From assembly GCA_013265495.1 (NCBI GenBank), contig MU057848.1, positions 1 through 64,000 of the forward strand: a stretch of DNA of 64,000 bases, written 5' to 3'. The translations under genes and the position numbers were made by a program. Positions within the stretch are counted from its first letter, which is position 1, and every line of letters begins with the position of its first letter. Below, piece by piece: positions 12,109 to 23,770 of the stretch. The notes beneath the pieces are model-generated. The model searched no databases and was not told the origin of the DNA. It worked only from the letters and a program-made list of their open reading frames with translations. Source of the DNA: Vicugna vicugna (taxonomy: Eukaryota).

Positions 12109-12154
12109 GTGGTGCATGCATGCTGCAGTCTGTGGTGCATGCATGCTGCAGTCT
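12109..12154. repeat. Perfect 23-bp tandem duplication
   Basis: gtggtgcatgcatgctgcagtct x2. Confidence 0.95.
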
Positions 12155-15014
12155 GCGGGTGGGTTACCCCTGAAGGAAGAGAGGGAACGAGAGAGGAGGA
12201 GGCAGCACTGACACCCTGGAGGTGTAGCATCCTGAAAGCATCCACTTAAATCTAGCACCAGGCTTGCAGAGACCCACCCTTAACACAGAGATTCTCAGAG
12301 CGTATGCTTGATCTCTCTGGTTCCATCATGTTCCTTTTAGATCGTGTTTTACTGAAATAAAATATGAGAAAAAATTCTCACATGCATTAAAAACAAAAGA
12401 ACATCCTACTTATCAAGCACGCATCTTGCAAACCTTCTTATCCAAAGCCAGAGGCACTGGTTTGTCTCCACTTTCAACGTGGGCTCACCCTGAAAAAGAC
12501 GTGGACCAGGAAACGCACGTGGAAAAATATGCTTTCAGGTGGGAAAGTGTCATTTTATAAAAAGAGGTTTGGGGACTTATGCAGAGGCCGGAGCAAAGAA
12601 AACCCACTTGCTCTTATTATTCTCATTTTAATATGTTCTGATGGGAAAATGAGGGTGTAATTTGATAACCGTGTGGTTTATGAACACATGCGGTAGGTGG
12701 GCAGTGTGGACAATTTTGCAGGGCGTTTTTTTGTGAGAGCCCAGAGGGGAAACTCCCCCTGGTCCGAGTGTCAGCGTCTGTCATCTTCCGTGTGACGGAC
12801 TCTGGGCATCCTCTCCTGGTGTCCCTCCTCATCCCCCAGGAGAGGCACCGAGGGCGTGCGGGAAGATGGGAGCCACATATCTGGCCACTTGGGGCCACAG
12901 CACCGTGGGGTGTGAAACCTCTCCTTTCTGTCTCACTCTTGGCACTGAATTTCCAACCTACATTTTCTCATTGACTAAGGAAATCATCGCCGGCTGTGTT
13001 AGGTCCCTTCTGACCCAAGAGGTTGGGGTATAAACAGCCCAGGACACCCCAGAATGATGGTGCACGTGGAGGGCATCATCCGCGGACACAGAGCCATTCA
13101 CGGGATGATGGCTTTGTCGTGCTTGGGTCTCCGACGGCGAGACTGACTTCCCTGAGTGTGGAGAGGGGTGGGAGGTCCAGAAGGACTCAAACGAGGCAGG
13201 AAGAGTTAAACTGGACCCCGAGGGAAGGCTAGGACGTGCTGGATGGAAAGGAGAGCAGACAGATCAGGGCTGCGGTTTGAACCTCCAACCCCAGCAGTGA
13301 CAAAAGGATTTGCTCAGCGTTTTCCTAGTAGGGTCATGTGCTAGGGCGGCCGGAAGTCCTGGGGCTCAGGAGTGCGGGGGCCACAGGCGTAAGGATGCTA
13401 GCGGGAGGAGGCCACCACTGGAGAAGTCAAAGGGGCGAGGACACCTGTCAAAGTCCCACTTCACCAATGGGACACAGCCAGGGGGAAGTTCCCAAACTTG
13501 CCCACAACTGTTGGGCGAATAATAGGAGACTTCCTGAAAAATCTGGAGCAGTCAGGATCTTTCTGAAGAGCTCCAGGTTTTCTCCCTGGCTTTCATGACC
13601 TCTTGGTCCACTCTGAGTCTACGTTGAAATTTGGGTCTATGTGGTTACTGCCATCCACTTGACTGCATGAGGGGGACCAGCCTTGTAGGATGTGGCTTCT
13701 GTGGTCCCTGCTAGCTTTGGACACTTTTCCCTCCTGTGGGGGGTCCCTAACTGTTTGCATTCCTGCAGCTGAGGTGACAGGAGTCAGTCAGAAGATTGAA
13801 GTCAGCCTTGGAGCTGGAGCCAGCTTGATCTGAACTCCAGAACTGAATCCAAGTGCCCGGAAGAGAGAGGACATTCATCTGAGTGATGGAGGTGCCTTGT
13901 TGCGTGGTTCTGCGAGCCGGCCTGGGGCAACAATGTGGAGGGGAACCCTGGTGACACTGTGGCATGGGACGTGGCCTCCTGGGTGGAGCCAGCACTGGCT
14001 CTCCGGTCCCGCCTCACAGCACACAAGGGGGGCCCACCGCTCCCCTCACCAGCATCTGCTTCTGGAACAAATCCAGCACCAGCGCCACCATCACTATAAG
14101 AGCCAGGCGTTGATCTAAGAGTCTGCCAGCCAGGCGCCCGTGACATTTGGCTGCCAGTGTGTTTGGCTTGGTCCCCAAGCAAACTTCTAGTGAACTGGAA
14201 AGAAGCTGGAGTAATTGATAATATTTAGAAATTTGGGGCTTTGATGTAGTAATTAATTCTAATCCTTCCCCCCTTTTTTTTTCTTGAAAAACTGGCTGAT
14301 CTGAGCACCCTGGATATGAAGACAGCTTCATCTTGGAGTCGGGAGCCCCGCCTGGAGACGCGAGGCTGTTCTGAGCCGCGGCCGGCTGTCTCGGCTGGAC
14401 CAGCGCTCAGGCTGCCGCCGCCTCCAGGTAGGAGGCCTCTGCCTCCCCCTCGGCTCTGTCCTTCCCGGGACCCTCCGTGCAGCACAGGAGGCTGACTCCC
14501 GGCTTCCTGCCAAATAAGATGTCAGTGACAGTAATTGCTTTTTGAATTGAGGACCCCATTCTTTCCAGCAGGTCACAATCAATTTTTCCCTAGGCTGCTG
14601 GAATATCACGTGAAGGAGACTCTGGGCTGAACAGGAGAACCAAGATGGGTAAGGAAATAAAGCACCCTGAGCCAGCGTAGATAGAAACACTTACCCAGGT
14701 AGGAAGAAAGCAGAAAGATGTATTTCAAAGGGTGCGACCAAGATCGGTTCCAACTGAAGACCGTTTCATGTCGTTTGTGTGTGGTTGGAAATCCCCCCAC
14801 GGCCCAGGAGGTACACGCCGTCTAGGAACACTTGCCCTTCTGCGTTGTGCATTCAGCTTCTGCAAAACAGACTTGACACTTGCAGCCTGCCTCCCTCCTA
14901 CCAGATTGGGAGGAGGAGCCTCCTTCAGGGCACCCTCCCCCCCGGGAGACATGGGCCGGTCTTCTGGCCTCGGTGTGTCGGTCGGGGGTGTCCCCGGGTC
15001 CCTGGACGGAGCCA

Positions 15015-15370
15015 CTGGTGTCCTGGTGCAACAGACTGGGCGTCTTAAACAGCAGACATGTATTTCCTCCCAGTCCTGAGGCTGGACGTCAGCGATCAAG
15101 GTGTGGGCAGGTCTGGTTTTCCTTGAGGCCTCCCTCCTTGGCAAGCAGGTGGCCGTCTGCTCCCTGTGTCCTCTGTGGCCACACTTCTGCAAGTGTCTGT
15201 GTGCTCAGCTCCTCTGCTTAAAGAAAATCATCGGTCAGGTTGGACGAGGACCCCCTGCAAAGACCTCAGTTTAACTCAATGACCTCTTTAAAGGTCCCAA
15301 GTCCACAATCTGAGGTACTGGGGGTAGGGCGTTGGCCTCAGCCTTTGGGGGACACAGCTGGCCCGTAGCA
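15015..15370 (-). mobile_element. MaLR solo LTR (MLT1A/B-like)
   Basis: cagactgggcgtcttaaacagcagacatgtatttcctcccagtcctgaggctggacgtcagcgatcaaggtg..gcaggtggccgtctgctccctgtgtcct..tgaggtactggggg..tttgggggacacag. Confidence 0.85.
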
Positions 15371-16587
15371 GTGCTCAGCTGAGTGGTTCACTTCTGAAGG
15401 CAGCTCCCCACACTCTGGAGAAGGGCACGGAAAATATTACTGTGCAAGGAGTTCTACTGAAACACCCCGTGGTTCCCCTTCCACGACAAGAAGGAAGGTG
15501 ACAGAGTGGAAATCAGGTGTCTGCGGGGCTGCACCTCACTGCAAACACTGCAGACCAGCAGGTGTTATAAAAACAGCCCTGGAGAAACTGGCCCCAATGC
15601 TGTGCTCTTCGCAAGGCCCTGGATCACGCAGAGCTGAGGACAACGTGCACCCTGTTTCCACGGTGCGTTAATTGCACAGTGCAAGATGAGAGCCTCGTTC
15701 ATGACAACAAATCATAGTAGGAGTGAGCAGGAGTTAAAAAAAATCTTCTGGTGGGCTCCAAAAAAAAAAAGAAAACCAGACACCTCAAGTAAAGGAACTT
15801 ACTGCTTTCCTATGTAAGGGAAGGTCAAAGGTTTGGACCCCTTGAAATGATTCCTTTGATGTGCGCCTGAGCTCTCCAGGGCCGGTGTCCTGTCCCTCCA
15901 CATCCTGAGTCCCCCAGGGGGCCCTGTTGGGGGTGGCTGCGATGCAGTGGCTTGATGGTTGCAGCATCCTTTGTTTGCTGATACGGCAGGTGACATTTTC
16001 CATCTTCATTGCTTTTCGTTCATGAGGTCCGTCCCTGTGGCGGCCTGTCTCCGCAGAGCCCTGAAATCTGCACGCATGTCCTTTTGGAGAGCCCCCGAAG
16101 ACTACGGGGTGCTCTCTGACCTTCTTTGTGCTTATTTTAAGCCCTGATGGGTGGGGGGGCCCTCTCTGCAATGCTTTCCCGGGATCCAGCATTGACATGC
16201 ACACCGCTGTCCAGGTCCATTAGCGCTCAGGCCCCAGCGCTCCCCGTGAGGATTGAATCAGATCATGGAATTTTATAGTGCCGGCCCTGAGGCTTTTAGT
16301 CAAAAGTGCTCTTGGTTAACTGGGTTTTGCTTTAAAGGTCAGTGGATAAAACTTTTCAGTTTAGTGCTCTGGCTGCAAAGTCAACCCTCCTTCCTGTGCA
16401 TTCTCCACTGTGGCCCCCCCTCAGCGAGGCTGACTCTGATTTCTGCAATGACACCCTCCCCTTCAGATGGTTCCTACAGGAAGAGAAGGCTGTCTCTGCT
16501 GGTGTCTCCAGATTCACTGCTGGTTTATTTAAGTGTATTCTTGAAGAATTCTTAGCTTATCAAGAGAATATTTCAAAAGAACTGGAC

Positions 16588-16822
16588 GGAAGGGGTTGGG
16601 AAGGGATAAATTGGGAGTCTGAGATTTGCAGATACTGACAGGTATATATAAATTAGATAAACAAGTTCACACTGTAGAGCACAGGGAAATATATTCAAGA
16701 TCTTGTAGTAGCTCACAGTGAAAAAGAACATGAAAATGAATATATGTATGCTCCTGTATGACTGAATCACTGTGCTGTGCACCAGAGATTGACACCACAT
16801 TGAAAACTGACTACAATTAAAA
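16588..16822 (+). mobile_element. 5'-truncated LINE-1 3' UTR (younger type)
   Basis: ggggttgggaagggataaattgggagtctgagatttgcagatac..agcacagggaaatatattcaagatcttg..actgactacaattaaaa; reverse complement of the antisense copies. Confidence 0.9.
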
Positions 16823-16900
16823 TATGTTAAGAAAGAGAACTTTTTTTAAAAAAGATGATGATTATTTATACTATACCTATTTGAACAAAAGACTTGAGGC

Positions 16901-17321
16901 TTACGATGGAATATTACTATGTAGTGAAAAAGGATTCTTTGCAACGTGCAACAAATTGGAGGATGTTATACTTAGTGAGATGAGTCAGACAGAGAAAGAC
17001 AAATGCTGTATGTTACCAGTTACATGATGAATTTATGTAACAAAAAGGAAATAGACTCAGATGTAGAGAGTGGACCCCGGAGAGGGCAAGAGAGGGGTAT
17101 GGGATTAAGAGGTATGATTTATTATGTATAAAATAAATCAGCTACAAGGATATATTGTGCAGCACAGAGAATATGGCCAAGATTTATAATAACTTCAAAG
17201 TGGAGCATAACCTTTAAAAATTGTGAATTACTATGTTGTACACCTGTAACTTACATACTATCGTAGCTCAACTATATCTTAATAAAAAGCAGAGAAAAAG
17301 AAAAGAAAAAAAGAGGAAAAA
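16901..17321 (+). mobile_element. 5'-truncated LINE-1 (ORF2 end, 3' UTR and A tail)
   Basis: ORF 16824..17027 contains LEDVILSEMSQTEKDK (ORF2p C-terminus); A-rich tail; 14-bp TSD aaaagacttgaggc at 16887-16900 and 17322-17335. Confidence 0.92.
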
Positions 17322-17600
17322 AAAAGACTTGAGGCAAATTATAAGAAAGAAATGGTTACCTTAGGAAGAAAAGAGGCAAATGTGTATTTGGAAGGAGACC
17401 CCTGGGGAGAGGCCTCGGCAGGGGAGAGAGAGGCTTGAACACCACGGGCGCTCAGCTCTGCATTTCCTGCAATTTATGTAAAGGCGGAGGCATAAAGGAG
17501 GTGGCGACGCTCATGTCTCATGAAGTGAAGTTATAAAGGATGTTAGAAGCGTTGCAGAATTCCTCGCTCAGGCTCAGGGCAGTTTTTTTTTCTTAAAGAC

Positions 17601-17810
17601 TTTATTATTATTAATTATTATTAATAATAATTATTATTATTATTATTTTAAATTTTAAAATGTTATTTAATTAATTATATAATTTAAATTTTGTTGGAGG
17701 TGGAGTTAGGTTTCTCTGTTTATTTCTTTTAATGGAGGGACTGGGGATTGAACCCAGGACCTCGTGTGTGCTGGGCACGACCTCTACCGCTGAGCCCTCC
17801 CCTCCCCGCT
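17601..17810 (-). mobile_element. tRNA-derived SINE (vic-1-like) with an AT-rich (TTA/TAA)n tail
   Basis: Antisense body aatggagggactggggattgaacccaggacctcgtgtgtgctgggcacgacctctaccgctgagcc; TSD ttcttaaagac at 17590-17600 and 17814-17824. Confidence 0.92.
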
Positions 17811-17943
17811 TCCTTCTTAAAGACGTTAGATAAGACCATCTGAGCCACAGAGCAATCACATTTTAAGACAGATGTTTTAACAATACAAGAAATCTTTTTT
17901 TTTTCCCTGCTAGCATCTTTAATCTTAAAAAAAATCGGAGAGG

Positions 17944-18245
17944 GGACTTCCGGCCGTTGGTCTGGTACATAAGGTGCCAGAAGTCACCACTCTTTCTCAG
18001 CAACCAAATAAAAAACTGAACAAATTGAAATACTAACTGATCTGTCGGGGAAATGGGGTCACAGGCCAGCTGCTGTCCCCCGACCTGGGGAGGCTGATGG
18101 GTGGGGACAGAGAATCCCAACGCAGCAGGGCTGACGCGTCCCCAGGAGGCAGTGCTGGGGCAGGGACACCTCACGCGTACCTGACGGATGGCTGGAGGCC
18201 CAGCGTGGACAGTCTGAGAGCTAAAAATCCTGGAGGGGGGCCCTG
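17944..18245 (+). mobile_element. Ancient L1M (L1MC/MD-like) 5' UTR fragment
   Basis: gacttccgg..gaagtcaccactc..aaaactgaacaaattgaaa..ggggtcacaggccagctgctg..gctggaggcccagcgtggacagtctgagagctaaaaatcc resembles old L1M 5'-end consensus (recognised from memory). Confidence 0.6.
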
Positions 18246-18508
18246 AAACTCCTCTAAAAAAATAAAATTTGTCCATTAGGAAAGCACAGAGTTGAGGGCC
18301 AATGCCGAATGTGTTGTGATAGTAGCAGGAGAGTCACGCGGGCCTGTGTGTGTTTGCACTCGGAGGAGGATCAGCCAGCACACGTGGGACATGTGGCTTT
18401 CCGTGGCCCCCAGGGATTCAGGGACAAAAAAAAAGAGGATTTTCAGGATGCAATGGTTGGCTAGCTCAACCTCTCCCTCCCAGAACCATTTGTCTCTGCC
18501 AGCGTTAA

Positions 18509-18781
18509 TTTTCTTTCCTTCCTTCCTTCCTTCCTCTCTTCCTTCCTCCCTTCCTCCCTTCCTTCCTCCCTTTCTTTCTTTCTTTCTTTCTCTTTCTTTC
18601 CTTCTTTCCTTCCTTCCTTCCTTCTTCCTTCCGTCCTTCCTTTCTTTTCTTTCTTTCTTCCTTCCTCTTTCTTCCTTCCTTCCTTTCTTTTCTTTCTTTC
18701 TTTCTTCCTCTTTCTTCCCCTTCCTTCCTTCCTTCCTTCCTTCCTTCCTTCCTTCCTTCCTTCCTTCCTTCCTTCCTTCTT

Positions 18782-18865
<84 letters not shown>
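18509..18865. repeat. Compound (CCTT)n/(CTTT)n polypyrimidine microsatellite
   Basis: About 357 bp of C/T with only two purines seen (18633, 18785); ends in pure (CTTC)n then (CTTT)n blocks. Confidence 0.98.
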
Positions 18866-21270
18866 AGAATTTAAGGTTTGATGTTTGAAACGGAGCCCCT
18901 TGGCTGGACTCTGAAAGGGACAAAAGACAGACAGGTCCATGTTTGCTCTTTGCTGGGGCACAGGGCATAGACTTCCTACATAAAAATACCAGTGTGCAGT
19001 GTCTCTGCCCATCACCCTGCGTTTACACTTAGCTCCATGAGGGCTTGCTACGTCCTTACCCTGAGAAGCCATTTGTGTGCACTGAAATTAAAAATTTACC
19101 CAGACGTCCCATGCTTTTTTGGCTCCGTCTGACAGTTCTACCTTGCAGCCACCTTCACTCCAATTGCTTGGAACCTTGAGGCTGTTTCGATGCCTCTTAA
19201 AGTTCAGATTTCTAGGAGTGATGGATCCTGTGCATTCTCTCTGCAGTTAAGCTGGGGGCTGCCCTGGTCTTGGCAACCACGTAAGGACCACATTCAGTGG
19301 CAGACAGGCAGTGGTCTCTGTGATCGCCTGAGACACAAGACCACACCTTTCCACAAATTAGTGTTTGCCGTGTAAGTTTATTTCCTTTTTATTTAGCGGG
19401 GCCAAGAATAAATCCACAGTGATGACCACGGCCATTCAGATGGAACCCGCACAAGGGAAAGATCTGAGTTAAGCAATCCCAGGGCCCTTTGGCATCAGTG
19501 CGCAGGTGGCCTGTAGGAAGGAACCTGCCCGGGACCAGGAGGGGGTTGACGGCCCTCGAGGGAGAAGGTGGATGCACAGGGGTTCTGGGTTTCAATCCCA
19601 TGGGCTTGGGTGCCTGGCGACCACAGTGCACGACCCTGTCACATCACCTTGTGATCAGGCTGAACACACGTCCCCCTGGGGGCCCTCCGACACCCCTTGG
19701 ATTTCAAACCCTCAGTTTCTCGAAGCTCCATCTCCTGCTCTTCCCTGCCCTGCATCCTCACCCAGGACTTGCGTGACACGGTCTTCACGGCTGCAGGTTC
19801 AGTTTTCATCTTTCTGGGGGGACGTTTCCAGGCACAGTCCTGCCGCTCTGTCCCCGCAACTGCACATGGGATGCTGGCGGTTGGGGGGGGTCTGGTCTAT
19901 TTCTTGACATTTTTCTATTGGCGTCACGAACAAGGCTTTTGATGGTAATGGAGGTGTTTGTCCAGATAAGATTTTATAAACCCCAATGAACTACTCTTTG
20001 TGCAACAGACTTCACTTCCCTCTTGCCGCCCCAACTGCATCCTTGCCTTAACCTTCACGCAGGCACAAAAAATGTCTTAGAAGTGGCAGGATCCAGGATT
20101 TTTTGTCCCAAACTCACAGTCTTTCTCGACCTAACGTTATTCAAAGCATCTTGATTTACACACATTGAGAAGAACCACCGACTGTCCTCTCACAGCTACA
20201 GGACGAGGTGGATATCCTCCTGCAGAACTTTTCTGTGTTCCTGGCTAAAAAGCTTGTGAAAATTCCCTTCTGTAAAATATGCAAAACGGTCAGGAGAGGC
20301 CGTGGCCTATGCGTAGATGGCAATCTATTATCTCTATGATGTGTTCCGGCCGTGAGTTAATGCAGACAAGAATGGGCCAATGCAGCGATCCTGGCCCACG
20401 TTGATTTTATGTGATGATGTGAAATTGTCTCCTGAGCAGATGACCAGCTGTTTCAGATTATTCTGTGAATTACAGTCATTTTGCTTATTAGGGGAAAAAA
20501 ATACTCCTTTTTTTTTTTTTTTCTCTCTTGGCAAAACCTCTAAGCGTCTGATGCTCTGTGACTGGGGAGGGAGGCCCGTTTCTCCCAGCTGCAGATAACC
20601 CAGAGGAGGATTAATTAAACCCAAACAGGATGGTCATTTCTGAAGTAGCTACCTGCATAGCTCAGCACGGATATTGTTAAAAGGAATTCAGTGTTTTCTG
20701 TCCTGTTTCTCCATCACAAGGAGAGAGTTGCTGGAGAATGTGTTCTCCCAGGGCTTTGGGAGGTGGTGCTGTGGGTTTGCTGTTGGATTCATTTCGGGTC
20801 CCAGACTGGAGACCCATCTGGGGCATTTCCTCGCCTCAGCTGCCATTGCAAAGGGCTCTGTCACTGCCTTGAGCCTTTCACTCTCGTGTCATCATTCCTC
20901 CTTCTTTGAAAGAGCAGATTTCATCTTGGCACAGGTGTGTGCACCTTTGCGTGCTGCTTCTAGTGGCCTTGGACAAGCCGTTTGACTTCCTGGAGGCACA
21001 GTTTGCCAATCTGTGCAATGGGACAAAACCCCCACGAACTGCACACACTAAGACAGGCACGTGCTTGATGGTGTTTAAACCCCCCGCCCCACTGTGCTGT
21101 GGGAGGCTCTTCTCCTGGATGGTAGACAGACAAGATAAACAGTTCCAGTGGCGAGAAAAAGGGAAATTTGAATGATGTGTATGCCAGGGAAGAATGCAGT
21201 TCCATGTTTCTAAATTCAGGTTTCTCAAGAAGAGTTAACAGACGTGCAGCCACAGTAAACAATCTTACTG

Positions 21271-21526
21271 TTACTGGGGGAACGGGGTGGAATGGAAACA
21301 TTTGGGAGTTTGCGATTTGCAAATGTTAGCCACTATATATAAAAATAGATGGAAAAAAACAAGTCTTTTCTGTAGAGCACAGGAAATTATGTTCAATATT
21401 TTGTAATAACCTTTAATGGAAAAGAATATGAAAATGAACATACGTATGTACATGCATGGCTGGGACAGCGCACTGTGCACCAGAAATGGACACATTGTAA
21501 CTGACTGTACTTCAGTTAAAAAAAAA
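21271..21526 (+). mobile_element. 5'-truncated LINE-1 3' UTR (younger type)
   Basis: ggggaacggggtggaatgg..tttgggagtttgcgatttgcaaatgttagccac..cacattgtaactgactgtacttcagtt plus A tail. Confidence 0.9.
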
Positions 21527-22180
21527 TAGGAATTGAAGCTTACGGATGCGAACCTTGTATCTCAAGGTTATGCATCACTATACTATAGATTATACATCTA
21601 TATGTGAAGGTTTTATATAAATTGAGGTAAGCTATATCTCAATTTAAATTCAGCCATCAAGCACCTAGTTAATAAAAGTTTATTTGCATATTTCCAATAC
21701 AGTGCTATTTGGGAAGGCAGGAGGCTGGAGTGAATATGTTTCCTTTGGGGTTTTAGGCAGACCCATTTTTTATGCCAATGGCCAACCTTTCCTCATGTGC
21801 TGAGGGCACAGCAAGTCCAGTAAATTTACCCCACAGACTTTGATTTATCGTTTCCTTTTTTTTTCCCTGACTTGGGGAAGCCATACATTTAGGTATTCAG
21901 ACCAACACTCAATAGCAATGCTAACATGGTCATCCAGAGCGTTTACGGCACCAGGCATTGTGAAGGGCACAGTGTCCACCCTGTTGCCAGACACATTGGT
22001 CCATTTAATTTTGATTTGTGCCATGTGTCTGCCAGAAAATCAATGAGCCATTTTGGTGGGATGATGACCACAGAGTGGTCTGCAAAAAGACCCTTTGCAT
22101 ATGTTGAAATTAACTGCATGGTTTTCGAGAGTGTCTGATGGAGATCTATAAAGAAATTTTTTTTAAGTCTTTTTTTGTAG

Positions 22181-22345
22181 ACGGAGGGTGGAGCTAAGTG
22201 GTAGAGCACGTGCTTAGCAGGCATGAGGTCCTGGGTTCAATCCCCAGTCCCTCCATTAAAAAAATAATAAATGAATGATTAAATAAATGAATAAACCTAA
22301 TTATCTCCCCTATGCCCCACAAAAAAAAGAAATTAAAAAAGAGAA
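22181..22345 (+). mobile_element. tRNA-derived SINE (vic-1-like)
   Basis: ggagggtggagctaagtggtagagcacgtgcttagcaggcatgaggtcctgggttcaatccccagtccctcc (A and B boxes), then aaacctaattatctcccc and an A-rich tail. Confidence 0.93.
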
Positions 22346-22917
22346 AACAATTAAAAAATTTTATGAAACAAAATATCTCAGTTCCAAATGAACTGATTTC
22401 TCCAGATTGTTCAGTGAATTTCTCTGGCCTATAAATTAATATAATAAATAATCATTCTTACTATTTTTGAGTTACTTGACCTGCATTATAGTAACTTCCA
22501 TAAGTATTATTATTCCCATTTTATAGGTGGGCAAACTGAGGCCGACATGTATTAAATCAAATACCCAAGGTTAGAATTAGTTTATCTCTCAGGAAGAATT
22601 CAAATCAAGGCCTGATGCCCCACAAAAAAAAGAAATTAAAAAAGAGAAAACAATTAAAAAATTTTATGAAACAAAATATCTCAGTTCCAAATGAACTGAT
22701 TTCTCCAGATTGTTCAGTGAATTTCTCTGGCCTATAAATTAATATAATAAATAATCATTCTTACTATTTTTGAGTTACTTGACCTGCATTATAGTAACTT
22801 CCATAAGTATTATTATTCCCATTTTATAGGTGGGCAAACTGAGGCCGACATGTATTAAATCAAATACCCAAGGTTAGAATTAGTTTATCTCTCAGGAAGA
22901 ATTCAAATCAAGGCCTG
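22312..22917. repeat. Tandem direct duplication, 2 x 303 bp
   Basis: 22312-22614 and 22615-22917 read identically (atgccccacaaaaaaaagaaatt ... caaatcaaggcctg); unit contains the SINE A tail and a MIR fragment (tattattcccattttataggtgggcaaactgaggc). Confidence 0.97.
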
Positions 22918-23770
22918 TCTAAACCCAAAGGCAGACACTGGTCCCAGAACCACGCAGCAGCTCCCCTAGGAGCCTGGTGGGCCCCAGGTCTCAGATAATG
23001 CCCTGAAGCTGGACAGCTGGAGAACGCGTTGACCTGGCAATGCCCAGAAGTAGCAGAGGAAGGCAGTGAGCACCACAAGGCCAGCCTCAGGGCGCTAACA
23101 TCGCACACCAGTTTACAGAGCTGACCTCCCACCCCATTATTTTGAGTCTCAGTTACAGAGCGGCAAGTCCCCCTCTTAAGAGCCCTCAGCCCATCGCGAG
23201 CAGCAGGCCGCTTGTACGAGAACGGGAAATGCTACGGCTGAAAAGGTGCCCTTGCTTTCTCTGGGAATGTTCACGCCCTCGGGGATCTTAGTGGGTTACC
23301 TTTGGGTCCTTGGCATCTTTGGTACCCAGGACTGCCTGTCAGCATTGGGAACATCTCATGTATCCGGGCATCCTGGAAGCCTCCGGGCGAAGACTCTCAA
23401 CTGGATTTCTAATCTAGCACGCATTTGAGTCGCTTGAGCTTTCTGAAGAGATGCATCCACATGTGTGTCTTCCTGAACGTCCAGCGTGTTTCCAGGATGG
23501 CCCCAGACTCGAGCATCCGCTGCAAATAGCACATGGAAAGAGAGTACAGCACATTCAGGAGCAAAATCAAAAGAGCCCGGAGATGCAAAAGCAAGCATGT
23601 AGGTCAGCGAGGGAGGACCGAAGCCTCTCTGCCTCGGGTCTGCTGCCCAGACCAGCTTCTCTGAATCATATCTGAGTCTCTCGCTTCAAATTTCCCGGGG
23701 CTTCCCACTGCCTCGTACCCTTCTGGTGCGAGTCTGGATATGTCCTCTGGCTAGTGCAAGATGCCATCTT

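Noticed and set aside
12109..12154. 23-bp palindromic direct repeat as a possible CRISPR-like array
   Set aside because: Two adjacent copies, no spacers, no cas genes, mammalian context.
18292..19072. Long ORFs 18292..18867(+) and 18461..19072(-)
   Set aside because: They are translations of the (CCTT)/(CTTT) microsatellite (FLPS/KEGR repeats), not genes.
22181..22256. tRNA-like sequence with A and B boxes
   Set aside because: It is the head of a SINE present in five diverged copies with tails and TSDs, not a tRNA gene.
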